Positions 44,851 through 54,668 of a DNA stretch of 64,000 nt are shown here, one piece after another; position 1 is the stretch's first letter; every line of letters begins with the position of its first letter. Below the pieces are notes generated by a model. It was not told the origin of the DNA. It worked only from the letters and a program-made list of their open reading frames with translations, and made no database searches. Position numbers and translations under genes: made by a program. The stretch is from a virus (Duplodnaviria; Caudoviricetes). The stretch covers positions 5,165-69,164 of the IMG/VR virus record IMGVR_UViG_2863404153_000002; one strand, written 5' to 3'.

Positions 44851-45618
44851 ATGGGTGGATCACCACTGAATGCCAACTTGTGGACGGACGCGGACGTCTA
44901 CATCTCGACCAACCTGTCCGCGACGCTGCCCGCCAATGCCGAGACGGCGTTCGGTGTGGACTGGGATCTGGTCGGTCTCCTCGACGGTGACGAGGGCTTC
45001 CCCGAGTCGAGGGACGAGGACACCGACGACAAGTTCGCGTGGGGCGGCATCCTCGTCAGGACGAGCCGCAACCACTTCAAGCTGACGAAGTCCTTCACGG
45101 CGCTGGAGGACAACGAGACCACCTACAGTCTGCTGTGGCCGGGCTCGTCCGCCACGCAGATCAAGGTGCCCCGGCCGGCGAAGGTGCTGGTGGCGTTCGA
45201 GACCCGCGAGGGCGACAAGGTCCGCCGGCTGATCACCGCGAACTACGCGGAGATCAGCCTCGACGGGGATCACGGCGAGAACGAAACCGACCTGGAGTCG
45301 ATGACGTTCACCGCCACGATCTACCCCACCGGCGCGGGCGTGCTGTTCAACCGGCAGACCACGCCGATCCTGACGAGCCTGACCGTCGCACCGTCGACGC
45401 TGACGATCGCGGACGGCGAGATCGGCGCGCTGACCGCGACGGCGACCTACGACGACGCGTCCACCGCGGACGTCACGGCAATGGCGTCGTGGGTGTCCTC
45501 GGCCCCGGCCGACGCCACTGTGTCCGCGGGCTTCGTCACCGGTGTGGACCCGGGGTCGGCGACGGTCACGGCGACCTACGAGGGCCAGTCGGACACCTGC
45601 GCCGTCACCGTCACCTGA
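44851..45618 (+). CDS. Major tail protein with C-terminal Ig-like domain
   Basis: WDLVGLLDGDEG, FTALEDN; LTSLTVAP..W.SS..ATV..G.VTG Big-like domain. Confidence 0.88.
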   Translation: MGGSPLNANLWTDADVYISTNLSATLPANAETAFGVDWDLVGLLDGDEGFPESRDEDTDDKFAWGGILVRTSRNHFKLTKSFTALEDNETTYSLLWPGSSATQIKVPRPAKVLVAFETREGDKVRRLITANYAEISLDGDHGENETDLESMTFTATIYPTGAGVLFNRQTTPILTSLTVAPSTLTIADGEIGALTATATYDDASTADVTAMASWVSSAPADATVSAGFVTGVDPGSATVTATYEGQSDTCAVTVT

Positions 45619-45693
45619 TGACCGCCGGGGCGCGGAGGTTCGTCGCGGTTCGGCCGCGCCCCGGTGCACCACGTTCGAACCGCGAGGAGCGAC

Positions 45694-46035
45694 ATGCAGG
45701 TCCAGTTCACCGATGAGGAGATCACCGCCAAAGCGGTGCAGCTCGGCGTCATCGAAGCCGGTGAGCGTCTGCCCCGGAATCTGCGGAGCCGGATTGTGGC
45801 CGCGCTCATCCAGGAGCAGGCGCCGCGTTTCACCGAGGCGGAGGCGCCGCCGATCGCGGAGAGCATTCGCGTGCAGCCGCGTGGATCCATCGAGGTCGAC
45901 GGCCGGCCGTTCCCGTGGCTGGTGCAGGCCGACCGGATTGAAGTGTCCCTGGAGCCGGACGGGTCCGGCATGGTCCGCCTCACTCTTCCTGCCCGAAGCA
46001 TCGAGATCGTCAAGCCCGACATTGAGAGCGAGTAA
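45694..46035 (+). CDS. Hypothetical tail-region protein
   Basis: RBS GAGGAG before ATG at 45694. Confidence 0.65.
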   Translation: MQVQFTDEEITAKAVQLGVIEAGERLPRNLRSRIVAALIQEQAPRFTEAEAPPIAESIRVQPRGSIEVDGRPFPWLVQADRIEVSLEPDGSGMVRLTLPARSIEIVKPDIESE

Positions 46036-46040
46036 CCGCG

Positions 46041-46391
46041 ATGAGCACCACCCGAACCGCGAACAAGCCGGCCGACAACCAGCCGTTCGACTTCAACCTC
46101 GACGCGGTCAAGGCCGAGGTTGACCTCACCCCGTGGCGCGTCAACTGGAACGGCCGCCGCTGGGAGTTCGCCCACATGGAAGACCTCGACGTGTGGGGCC
46201 TGATGGAAGCCGCGGAGGGCGGCGACATCGCCGCCACCATCGGCGTCTTCAAGGCATCTCTGGGTGACAAGGACTGGGAAGAGTTCCGGAAGATCCGCCT
46301 TCCCCAGTACAAGCTCAAGGCCCTGTTCGATGCCTACCGCAAGCACTGCGGCGTGGCCGAGGGGGAATCGGAAGCCTCGTCCGGCTCCTGA
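46041..46391 (+). CDS. Tail assembly chaperone (gpG-like)
   Basis: Position before tape measure; ends at slippery site. Confidence 0.85.
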   Translation: MSTTRTANKPADNQPFDFNLDAVKAEVDLTPWRVNWNGRRWEFAHMEDLDVWGLMEAAEGGDIAATIGVFKASLGDKDWEEFRKIRLPQYKLKALFDAYRKHCGVAEGESEASSGS

Positions 46392-46816
46392 GGGAGCACG
46401 GCGAGGCAGTCCAAGCCGACCTGCGCGACCACTACGGGGTACGCCTGTCAGACCTGTTCCGGCGGGGCGCCGATGGGTGCCCGCTACTCACGTGGCGGGA
46501 GCTCGGCGGATACGTCCGCCAGCTACCTCCGAGCGCCCGCACCCGTCTCGCCCTCGGTGATGAGGACAGCGTGTGGGGCCTGCAGGAGCATCTGACTGCG
46601 GTCGTCATCGACGAGCTTCGGTCTGCGAACTGGCAGCGCGCCAACGAGGGCGCAGAGAGGCCAAAGCCGCACCCCAAGCCGTTCCCGCGGCCTGGCGTGG
46701 GCGGCAAGACCAAGCGGGCGGACAAGAGCAGCCCCGAACGGCAGGAAGCCCGGCAGCGAGCACTGCGTCGGGCAGCGGAACGTAAGAGGGCCCTGGCTGC
46801 CGGTGAGATCACCTGA
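46361..46816 (+). CDS. Tail assembly chaperone gpGT extension via -1 frameshift at GGGGGAA (46361-46367)
   Basis: G GGG GAA heptamer; -1 frame open to 46816. Confidence 0.8.
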   Translation, partial: GGIGSLVRLLREHGEAVQADLRDHYGVRLSDLFRRGADGCPLLTWRELGGYVRQLPPSARTRLALGDEDSVWGLQEHLTAVVIDELRSANWQRANEGAERPKPHPKPFPRPGVGGKTKRADKSSPERQEARQRALRRAAERKRALAAGEIT

Positions 46817-46831
46817 CGACGGGAGGTGCGC

Positions 46832-49800
46832 ATGCCTTCCGTGGGCTACGCCACGCTGCAAATCATTCCGTCGGTGCGGGGGATCTCCGACGAGCTCCGG
46901 CGTCAGCTGTCCGGCCCTGCAGCCGACGCGGGAAACCAGGCTGGGCAGCAGGCGGGCGGGCAGTTCAGCGAGAAGTGGAAGGCGGGCTTGGCGGCCGCCG
47001 GCGCTGCTGCTGGGGCGATCCTGGTCGCGGCGACGGTGTCGGCGGTGGAGAAGGAGCGGATGGCCGACCGGCTGTCCGCTCAGCTCGGCCTGTCCGGGAA
47101 GGGCGCCAAGCAGGCCGGCAAGGTCGCGGGCGACCTGTACTCGAAGGCGGTCGTCGACTCCTTCGAGGACGGTGCCGCCGCGGTCCGCGCGGTCATGGGC
47201 TCGGGACTGATCGACGAGAAGTCGACCACCAAAGCGATCGAGTCCATCACCACCAAGGTCGCCGACCTGGCGTCGACGTTCGACCAGGATCTGGTGGGCA
47301 CCACCAACGCGGCCACGCAGCTGATCCGTACCGGGCTCGCCAAGGACGCGCCAGCCGCGCTTGACCTGCTGACCAAGGGCTTGCAGTCGTCCGCTGACAA
47401 GGCGGGCGACTTCTTGGACACGATCAACGAGTACGGCACACAGTTCCGCAAGGCGGGCCTGGACGGTGCGACAGCGGTGGGCCTGCTGAACCAGGCGATC
47501 CGCGCGGGCGCCCGCGATTCAGACGTGGCGGCGGACGCCATCAAGGAGTTCTCCATCCGCGCGGTGGACGGCTCGGATTCGTCGGCCGCCGGATTCAAGG
47601 CTCTGAAGCTGTCCGCCACAGACATGGCGGCCGGGTTCGCCAAGGGCGGGAAGTCCGCCAACAGCGTCCTCGACCTCACCCTGGACAGACTCCGCAACGT
47701 CAAGGATCCGGTCAAGCAGTCACAGATCGCCGTGCAGCTGTTCGGCACGCAGGCCGAGGATCTGGGCAAGGCCCTGTTCGCGATGGACCCGTCGTCGGCG
47801 GCGGACGGGCTGGGCGAGCTGGGAGGAGCGGCCAAGAAGGTCGGGGACACGATCCGGGGTAACACCTCCACCGAACTGAAGATCCTGCAGCGGCAGCTGA
47901 TGGGGGCGCTCGGCACCGTCGTGCAAGCCGTCATCATCCCGGCGCTGAACGGGCTTGTCGACGCCGTGCGCTGGGTGGGTGAGGCCGCGTCGGCGACCGG
48001 CCGCTGGTTCCAGGAGTGGGGCGCCTGGCTGCTCCCGGTCATCACCCTCGTCGGCGGCCTGACCATCGCCTTGAACGCGCAGGCCATCGCCACGGGCTTC
48101 GTCACGGCGGTGTTCTCGGCGTACCGGGCTGCGATCCTGGTGGGTACTGCGGTGACGAGCGGGTTCGCTGCCGCGCAGGCGGTCCTCAACGCGGTCATGG
48201 CGTTGAACCCGTTCGTCCTGATCGCCATCGCGCTGGTCGCGCTTGGGGTTGCGCTGGTCGTCGCCTACAAGAAGTCGGAGACATTCCGGAACATCGTGCA
48301 GGCCGCTTTCAAGGCGGTCTCGGTGGCGGCCCTGTGGCTGTGGAACGTCGTGCTTAAGCCCGTGGTCGGGTTCGTGGTCAAGGCGTTCCAGTGGTGGTGG
48401 ACGGCCGCGAAGGTGTACTTCACGGCCGTCGGCGTGATCTTCTACGCGCTCGGCGCGGTCGCGGTCTGGCTGTGGAAGTCGGCGATCTCCCCGGTGCTCG
48501 GCTGGATCATCGCCGGTTTCAAGCTGTGGTGGGCCGGAGCCAAGCTGTACTTCTCGCTGGTCGGAGCCGGCTTCCGTGCCGTCGGCGCGGCCGCCATGTG
48601 GCTGTGGCGCAACGCGATCTCTCCTGTGATCGATCTGATCGTCGGCGGATTCAAGCTCTGGTGGGCCGGAGTCAAGATCTATTTCGGGTTTGTCCGGTCC
48701 GGATTCCGTGCCGTCGGAGCCGGAGCGACATGGCTGTGGAAGAACGCCATCTCGCCTGCGATGAACGGAATCCGGTCCGTGATCTCCGACGTCTACAACG
48801 TCGGGATCAAGCCCGTCCTCGGCCTGCTCCGCACGGCGATCGGCAAAGTCGGCGACGCCTTCGAGTCGGCCCGCGCCGCAATCAAGATCGCCTGGGACAA
48901 GGTGAAGGGGATCGCGAAGGCCCCCGTCGCCTTCGTGATCAACACGGTCTACAACAAGGGAATCGTCGGCACGTGGAACAAGGTCGCCAAAGCCTTCGGC
49001 GCCCCCAGGCTGAGCGAGTTCCACCCCGAGGGTTTCGCAACCGGTGGCGTCCTGCCCGGCTACACCCCGGGCCGGGACGTGCACCTGGCCGCCCTGTCCG
49101 GCGGTGAGGCCGTCATGCGGCCGGAGTGGACGCGAGCGGTCGGCCCTGGCTACGTCCACGCGATGAACGCAGCTGCACGCGGCGGAGGTGTCCGCGGTGT
49201 GCAGCGTGCCCTCGGCCTGCCCGGATTCGCCGACGGCGGCATCTTCGGCTGGGTGAAGGGCGCCGCTTCCAAGGGCGTGGACCTGGCCAAGTCGGGGGTG
49301 TCGTGGCTGAAGGACGGCCTCAAGGCCAGCGCGCTGGCGGGCATCAACAAGGTCGTCAAGCCGCTCATCGAGCGGATCTCGGGGTCCGCATCGCTGTACC
49401 GGGACATGATCACCAAGGTCCCGGAGAAGATGGTCAAGTCCCTGCTGAACTACTCCGACACGGCGGACAAGAAGCTCGGCGCGGCAGGCATCGGAGGCAA
49501 GGGCTTCCAGTCCGCGTTGTCCTTCGCCAAGTCCCAGGCAGGCAAGCCCTACATCTGGGGCGGAGTCGGGCCGACCGGCTACGACTGCTCCGGCTTCATG
49601 AGCGCCATCGAGAACATCATCCGCGGCCTCAAGCCCTACTCCCGCCGCTGGGCCACCGGTGCGTTCTCCGGCTCCACTGCCCCGTCGGGCTGGGTACGTG
49701 GCGCCAACTCCCCGTTCCGCGTCGGCATCACCAACGCCGGCGTCGGTCACACGGCGGGCACCCTGAACGGCACCAACGTCGAGAGCCGCGGCGGCGACGG

Positions 49801-51031
49801 CGTTGTGATCGGCTCCCGGGCGCGCGGCTACAACGACAGCCTCTTCACCGACTGGTACGGCCTCAAGGGCTACTCCAAGGGCACGCGCGGAGCCACACCC
49901 GGATGGGCGTGGGTCGGCGAACTCGGGCCCGAACTGGTGCGTTTCGGTGGCGGTGAGGAGGTTCTCAACCACCGCGACTCCCTGAAGTTCGCTTCCACCA
50001 TGGGCGCCCTGCCCGGCTATGCCAAGGGCACCAGCGCCAAGGCGCGCGCGAACGCACGCAAGGACATCCCCGGTGACCTCACCTCGGTCACTAAGGCGCT
50101 GACCGCGTCGGCGTCGGACATCAAGAAGGCGTTCGACGAGCTGACCAAGGACCTCCGCGCGACGGGCGCCGCCGGGAAGGTGCTCACCGCGTCGACGGTG
50201 AAGGCGTCCGTGAAGCTACAGGCGCTTGCCAAGCAGCGCGACAGCGTCGACTCCCGGCTGGAGGCCGCCAAGTCGGCAGCCTCCGATCAGAAGAAGGCTG
50301 CGGCCGATTTCTTCGGCCTCTCCCAGGTGGGGGAGGTGTCGACATTCTCTGACCTGCTCGGCGGGCTGAAGTCGAGACAGGCCGAGGCTGAGACGTTCCG
50401 CAAGCAGATCGCCGGGCTGTCGAAGAAGGGCGTCAGCCAGGACATCATCAGCCAGCTCGTCGCCCAGGGCCCAGGAGGGCCGCTGATCGACCTGGTCGCC
50501 GGGGCATCCAAGAGCCAGCTCGCCCAGCTGAACAAGGTGACCGCGTCGGGGGCGAAGCTGTCGGGCGCGTATGGCAACACCATGGCCGACGCCATGTTCG
50601 ACGCCGGGACGCAGGCCGGGCGAGGGTTCCTGACCGGGCTGCAGGCGCAGGAGAAGGAGGTACAGAAGGCCATGGACCGGCTCGGCGCCGGGCTCGTCGC
50701 GGCCATCCGCAAGAAGCTGAAAATCAAGTCGCCGTCGAAGGCCACCGAGTGGGTCGGCGAGATGGCAGGTGCGGGCGTCGGGGTCGGCCTGGACAACACC
50801 GCATCAACCGTGGCGGCCGCGGCCGCCCGAGTCGCGGACGCTGCCGTCCCGACGGTGTCCTCGGCATCCGCCGCCGCATCCACCGCGCAGGGCTTGGCCC
50901 CCGGCACGCGGCTGCGCCTGGTCGTCGACGGGCGCGAGTTCAGCGCCTACGTCGACGACCGCGCAGACGGGCGCGTGGATGCCGGTCTGACCCGCGTGCG
51001 CCGGGCCGCGTCCGCTGGCCGCAAGAGGTAG
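46832..51031 (+). CDS. Tape measure protein with an embedded NlpC/P60-like peptidoglycan hydrolase domain
   Basis: About 1400 aa, helical W/F-periodic repeats; GKPYIWGG..GYDCSG..GHT. Confidence 0.93.
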   Translation: MPSVGYATLQIIPSVRGISDELRRQLSGPAADAGNQAGQQAGGQFSEKWKAGLAAAGAAAGAILVAATVSAVEKERMADRLSAQLGLSGKGAKQAGKVAGDLYSKAVVDSFEDGAAAVRAVMGSGLIDEKSTTKAIESITTKVADLASTFDQDLVGTTNAATQLIRTGLAKDAPAALDLLTKGLQSSADKAGDFLDTINEYGTQFRKAGLDGATAVGLLNQAIRAGARDSDVAADAIKEFSIRAVDGSDSSAAGFKALKLSATDMAAGFAKGGKSANSVLDLTLDRLRNVKDPVKQSQIAVQLFGTQAEDLGKALFAMDPSSAADGLGELGGAAKKVGDTIRGNTSTELKILQRQLMGALGTVVQAVIIPALNGLVDAVRWVGEAASATGRWFQEWGAWLLPVITLVGGLTIALNAQAIATGFVTAVFSAYRAAILVGTAVTSGFAAAQAVLNAVMALNPFVLIAIALVALGVALVVAYKKSETFRNIVQAAFKAVSVAALWLWNVVLKPVVGFVVKAFQWWWTAAKVYFTAVGVIFYALGAVAVWLWKSAISPVLGWIIAGFKLWWAGAKLYFSLVGAGFRAVGAAAMWLWRNAISPVIDLIVGGFKLWWAGVKIYFGFVRSGFRAVGAGATWLWKNAISPAMNGIRSVISDVYNVGIKPVLGLLRTAIGKVGDAFESARAAIKIAWDKVKGIAKAPVAFVINTVYNKGIVGTWNKVAKAFGAPRLSEFHPEGFATGGVLPGYTPGRDVHLAALSGGEAVMRPEWTRAVGPGYVHAMNAAARGGGVRGVQRALGLPGFADGGIFGWVKGAASKGVDLAKSGVSWLKDGLKASALAGINKVVKPLIERISGSASLYRDMITKVPEKMVKSLLNYSDTADKKLGAAGIGGKGFQSALSFAKSQAGKPYIWGGVGPTGYDCSGFMSAIENIIRGLKPYSRRWATGAFSGSTAPSGWVRGANSPFRVGITNAGVGHTAGTLNGTNVESRGGDGVVIGSRARGYNDSLFTDWYGLKGYSKGTRGATPGWAWVGELGPELVRFGGGEEVLNHRDSLKFASTMGALPGYAKGTSAKARANARKDIPGDLTSVTKALTASASDIKKAFDELTKDLRATGAAGKVLTASTVKASVKLQALAKQRDSVDSRLEAAKSAASDQKKAAADFFGLSQVGEVSTFSDLLGGLKSRQAEAETFRKQIAGLSKKGVSQDIISQLVAQGPGGPLIDLVAGASKSQLAQLNKVTASGAKLSGAYGNTMADAMFDAGTQAGRGFLTGLQAQEKEVQKAMDRLGAGLVAAIRKKLKIKSPSKATEWVGEMAGAGVGVGLDNTASTVAAAAARVADAAVPTVSSASAAASTAQGLAPGTRLRLVVDGREFSAYVDDRADGRVDAGLTRVRRAASAGRKR

Positions 51032-51048
51032 AGGAAGGAGGACCCCGG

Positions 51049-51927
51049 ATGCCGATGATCGTGGACCCGGACGCGCCGCCCATCACGCCGCCGGAGACCG
51101 TCACCAGCCCGGACGGCTGGCTGACGGCTATCGTCGACACCGCCTGGGCCGGAGTGGTCCTCGGCGTCGACTACACCGCGTCCACACCGCTCACAGGCGC
51201 AGCCGACGTCGTCCGGGTTCTGATCACCCGCCAGGACCCCGGCGCGGCCGCCCCGGTACCCGTGCGGGGGGCGAACACCGCGTGGGCGCTGGAGGGCGTG
51301 GGGCAGGGCTACGACCACGAAGCCCCGCTCGGCGTCGGCGTCACCTACACCGCCCGCCCGCAGTACGCCGACGGGACGTGGGGGCCGGAGTCCTCCCTCG
51401 GCATCACCGTCCCCGCGCCGTCACCGGTCGCGGATGTGTGGCTGAAGTCCATCGACCTGCCCGGTGCCAGCGCGCGGGTGACGGTGACGGCGTGGCCGCA
51501 ACTGGCGTGGACGGCCCGCATCGACCAGGCCACCGTGGCGGGAAGCGCGTTCCCGGCGGCCGCGCAGGACGTGTACGGGGCGGCCGCCTCTGACATCACC
51601 CTGGACGCGGAGGGCGACGCGATCGAAGCGGTACGCGCGCTGCTGACCACACCTGGTGTACTGCTGATCCAGACCCGGCCCGCCTACCGTCGGCCCGACA
51701 TGTTCGTGCTGTTGTCCGATCCGGCCGAGGCTCTCGACGCCGCCCCGGACGGGGCCCGCACGTTCACCGCGTCCGTGATCCAGGTAGAGCGTCCGGACAC
51801 CGCCGGTCAGCCGATGCGGATGCCCGAATGGTCCTACGACGCGTTGGCCGGACAGTACGCGTCATACGACGCTGCCGAGGCCGCGTACTCCACGTTCACT
51901 GCGCTGGCCACGCACGGGACTGTCTGA
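51049..51927 (+). CDS. Distal tail / minor tail protein
   Basis: First gene after TMP; RBS AAGGAGG. Confidence 0.75.
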   Translation: MPMIVDPDAPPITPPETVTSPDGWLTAIVDTAWAGVVLGVDYTASTPLTGAADVVRVLITRQDPGAAAPVPVRGANTAWALEGVGQGYDHEAPLGVGVTYTARPQYADGTWGPESSLGITVPAPSPVADVWLKSIDLPGASARVTVTAWPQLAWTARIDQATVAGSAFPAAAQDVYGAAASDITLDAEGDAIEAVRALLTTPGVLLIQTRPAYRRPDMFVLLSDPAEALDAAPDGARTFTASVIQVERPDTAGQPMRMPEWSYDALAGQYASYDAAEAAYSTFTALATHGTV

Positions 51928-53090
51928 TGCTGCCCATCAGCGAGCGTGTGCTGGCCGCTTTGCCGCAGGCGGTTGGGCGTCCCTACTGGGCGGAGTGGTC
52001 CAACGACGGCGGCACCACCTGGACCCGCTGCTCGATCGCGTCGGGATCGGCGTCGGTCGCGGCGGACCGTACCGCGGAGGTCCGCTACACCGCCGGCGCC
52101 GAGCTGGTCGGTGTTGCCGGCGGCCGCAATGGGGTCAACACGATCTCGACCAACGTCCGTCTGTGGCAGGGCGTTCAGTTGCCGCGCGCGGATCCGATCT
52201 GGTTCCCGGCCGGCCGGTACACCGTCGCCCGCACCCGCATGACCCGCAGTGGGACGATGTCGGTGGAGCTGGACGGCCTTGAGGACGAGCTCCGAGCCGC
52301 ATCGTTCCCGACGGCGCGGACGGTCGGGCCCGGGCTCGCACGAGGCCTGGTCGAAGGGCTCGTCGGGGAGGCGCTGCCGGGGATCCCCGTGGCGTGGCGT
52401 ACTGGCGTCAGCCCAGACACAGCGGTGCCGCAGATCGCGGCCACCGAGGACCGGTGGGCGGTCCTGTCCGGCGGCTCGGACTCCACGGGCACCGACACCG
52501 GAATCGTCTCGGCGCTCGCCGGGGAGATCTGGGTGGACGCCAGGGGGATCGTGACGATCGGCCCCGTGCCCACGCTGGCCGACCCGGTCGTGTGGACGAT
52601 CCGGCGGGGCCAGGGCGGCGCCCTGGTCGAGCCGCAGGCGGAGCAGACCGCCGAGGGCCTGGCCAACGTATGGGCAGTCACCGGCGACGGAGGCGACGGC
52701 GCCCCCGCGGTCGGCCCCGCGTTCGCGTGGGACGACGACCCCAACTCCATCACCTACGCCGGACCGGACCCGATCAACGACCCGGGCGCACCGCAGCGGC
52801 TGGGACTGAACGGGGTCCGGCTGCGGGTCCAGCGGTACGCCTCGGCGGTCATCACTACCCCGAACCAGGCCTCCGACGTCGCCGCCGCCAAGCTCGCCGA
52901 CTCCCTCGGCGTGAGGTCCTCGCTGACCCTGACCGCCGTCTGCAACCCGGCACTTGAGCCCGGCGACCTGGTTTCAGTCGAGACCGCCCCGGACGTGTTC
53001 GAGCCGCACATCATCGACTCGTTCTCCTACACGCTCGGCTCGGCCTCCATGTCCTGCGCCACCCGCACGACCACCAGGAGGCTGACGTGA
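51927..53090 (+). CDS. Minor tail (baseplate hub-like) protein
   Basis: Synteny; NPALEPGDLV motif. Confidence 0.78.
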   Translation: MLPISERVLAALPQAVGRPYWAEWSNDGGTTWTRCSIASGSASVAADRTAEVRYTAGAELVGVAGGRNGVNTISTNVRLWQGVQLPRADPIWFPAGRYTVARTRMTRSGTMSVELDGLEDELRAASFPTARTVGPGLARGLVEGLVGEALPGIPVAWRTGVSPDTAVPQIAATEDRWAVLSGGSDSTGTDTGIVSALAGEIWVDARGIVTIGPVPTLADPVVWTIRRGQGGALVEPQAEQTAEGLANVWAVTGDGGDGAPAVGPAFAWDDDPNSITYAGPDPINDPGAPQRLGLNGVRLRVQRYASAVITTPNQASDVAAAKLADSLGVRSSLTLTAVCNPALEPGDLVSVETAPDVFEPHIIDSFSYTLGSASMSCATRTTTRRLT

Positions 53091-54019
53091 CCGACTCCGC
53101 AGGCCTCCTCGGCGCCGACCTCGCCCGCTTCGGCACATCCGGGAAGGGCGACGTGATCTCGCTGGAGGTCGCCGACGTCACGGAATCCGGGCGGGTCAAC
53201 TTGTCGCTGGGCAACGGCGATTTGCTGCTGGAGGTGCCGTGCCCGGACTCCTACCGGAACCGCCAGGCCGGCGACTGGGTGGCGGTACGGATGTCGGCCC
53301 GGCCGGTGGTGCTGTGGCGGCTCGGCGCCGACCCCGTCGAGACCGAGACAGAGAGCACCGAGGAGATCGCCGTCCGGGCGGCCCTGGACTCCCAGGTCGT
53401 CCGCGCCGCCACCTACGGCACCGGCGCCCCCGCCGGATCCGGGTGGCAGCAAGCCACCGAGGTCCATGTCCGCAAGGTCGATGGCAAGCTTGAGCTGTAC
53501 TTCAAGGTCGCCTCGGTCGCGGACCCGTCGCCGAGCACCCCGGGCGTCCCGGCCCCGAAAGCGGTGACGATCTCCCCAACGGACTCCGGGTCCTGGCGCA
53601 ACGGCAAGCCCGACGAGTACGCGGCTTCTCCCACCCAAGGGGACTGGACCGGCCGAGGCAACCGCCGCGGGGCCTGGTTCTACGGGTCCGCGATCCAGAA
53701 CGCGTGCACGGGCAAGACCGTGTCGAAGATGACCGTCAAGTTCACGCGGAAAACCGGTGCCGGCGTCAACGCCAAGCGGCCGATGCACCTATACCTGCAC
53801 AACCACTCCAGTGCCCCGTCCGGGCAGCTGAACCTGGGCGACGGGCCGGAGGAACTGCTGAGCCTGTCCGTCGGCGCGACCGGCACCGCGACGCTGCCCG
53901 CATCCTGGCGCTCCGCTCTGGCGTCCGGCAGCGCGAAGGGGCTGGCGATCTACGCCAACGGCTCCCGCGACTACATGGCCGTCACCGGCGGCAAGATCAC
54001 CATCACCTTCTCCGCGTAG
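53087..54019 (+). CDS. Minor tail protein
   Basis: GTGA coupling; beta-rich C-domain. Confidence 0.72.
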   Translation: MTDSAGLLGADLARFGTSGKGDVISLEVADVTESGRVNLSLGNGDLLLEVPCPDSYRNRQAGDWVAVRMSARPVVLWRLGADPVETETESTEEIAVRAALDSQVVRAATYGTGAPAGSGWQQATEVHVRKVDGKLELYFKVASVADPSPSTPGVPAPKAVTISPTDSGSWRNGKPDEYAASPTQGDWTGRGNRRGAWFYGSAIQNACTGKTVSKMTVKFTRKTGAGVNAKRPMHLYLHNHSSAPSGQLNLGDGPEELLSLSVGATGTATLPASWRSALASGSAKGLAIYANGSRDYMAVTGGKITITFSA

Positions 54020-54027
54020 GAGCACCC

Positions 54028-54654
54028 TTGCCGACCATCGGATACGCCGACCTCCCGGTGCCCGCGGGCGCGGACACCCCCACCATCGTCGATGCGCTCG
54101 CCGACCTGGCCACGGCTCTGGATCCGCACTTGGTCCAGCACGTCACCGACCTCGCCGACCGCAACTCCACCCTATCCACCGCGCCACAGCACACCGTGGC
54201 AGTCGCCAACGACGGCACCACCTGGATCAAGACCGACAGCGGCAGCAACACCTGGATCACCGTGTGGGAGCCGCTGCCCACCTGGCAGAACGTCACGCTG
54301 ACGTCCGGCTACCAGAGCTCCGGCGGCTACACCCCGCAGGCCCGCCTCATCGGCAGCAAGGTCAGCCTGCGCGGCCGGATCGAACGCGTCGACGGCCAGG
54401 TCATCCCCACCAACGGCGTCAAAGTCGGCACCGTGCCCGCCTCATGCATCCCCCAGGAGCAGGTCGGCGCATACGCCGGGACCTGCTCGCTCGCGGGCGA
54501 CGTCGTCATCGGCGTCGGAAAGCTGGAAGTCCTGGAGACCGACACCTCCTCCACCCTCGGCGGGGCCGGTGACATCACCTGGTGGTCCCAGGACGGGCCG
54601 ACCGCGGCCGGTACGCCGTGGATCGCCATCAACGGCGACTACTGGATCGACTGA
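54028..54654 (+). CDS. Minor tail protein
   Basis: TTG start after AGGAG; WQNVTLTSG..VSLRG motif. Confidence 0.72.
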   Translation: MPTIGYADLPVPAGADTPTIVDALADLATALDPHLVQHVTDLADRNSTLSTAPQHTVAVANDGTTWIKTDSGSNTWITVWEPLPTWQNVTLTSGYQSSGGYTPQARLIGSKVSLRGRIERVDGQVIPTNGVKVGTVPASCIPQEQVGAYAGTCSLAGDVVIGVGKLEVLETDTSSTLGGAGDITWWSQDGPTAAGTPWIAINGDYWID

Positions 54655-54668
54655 GGAGGCCGCACGCC

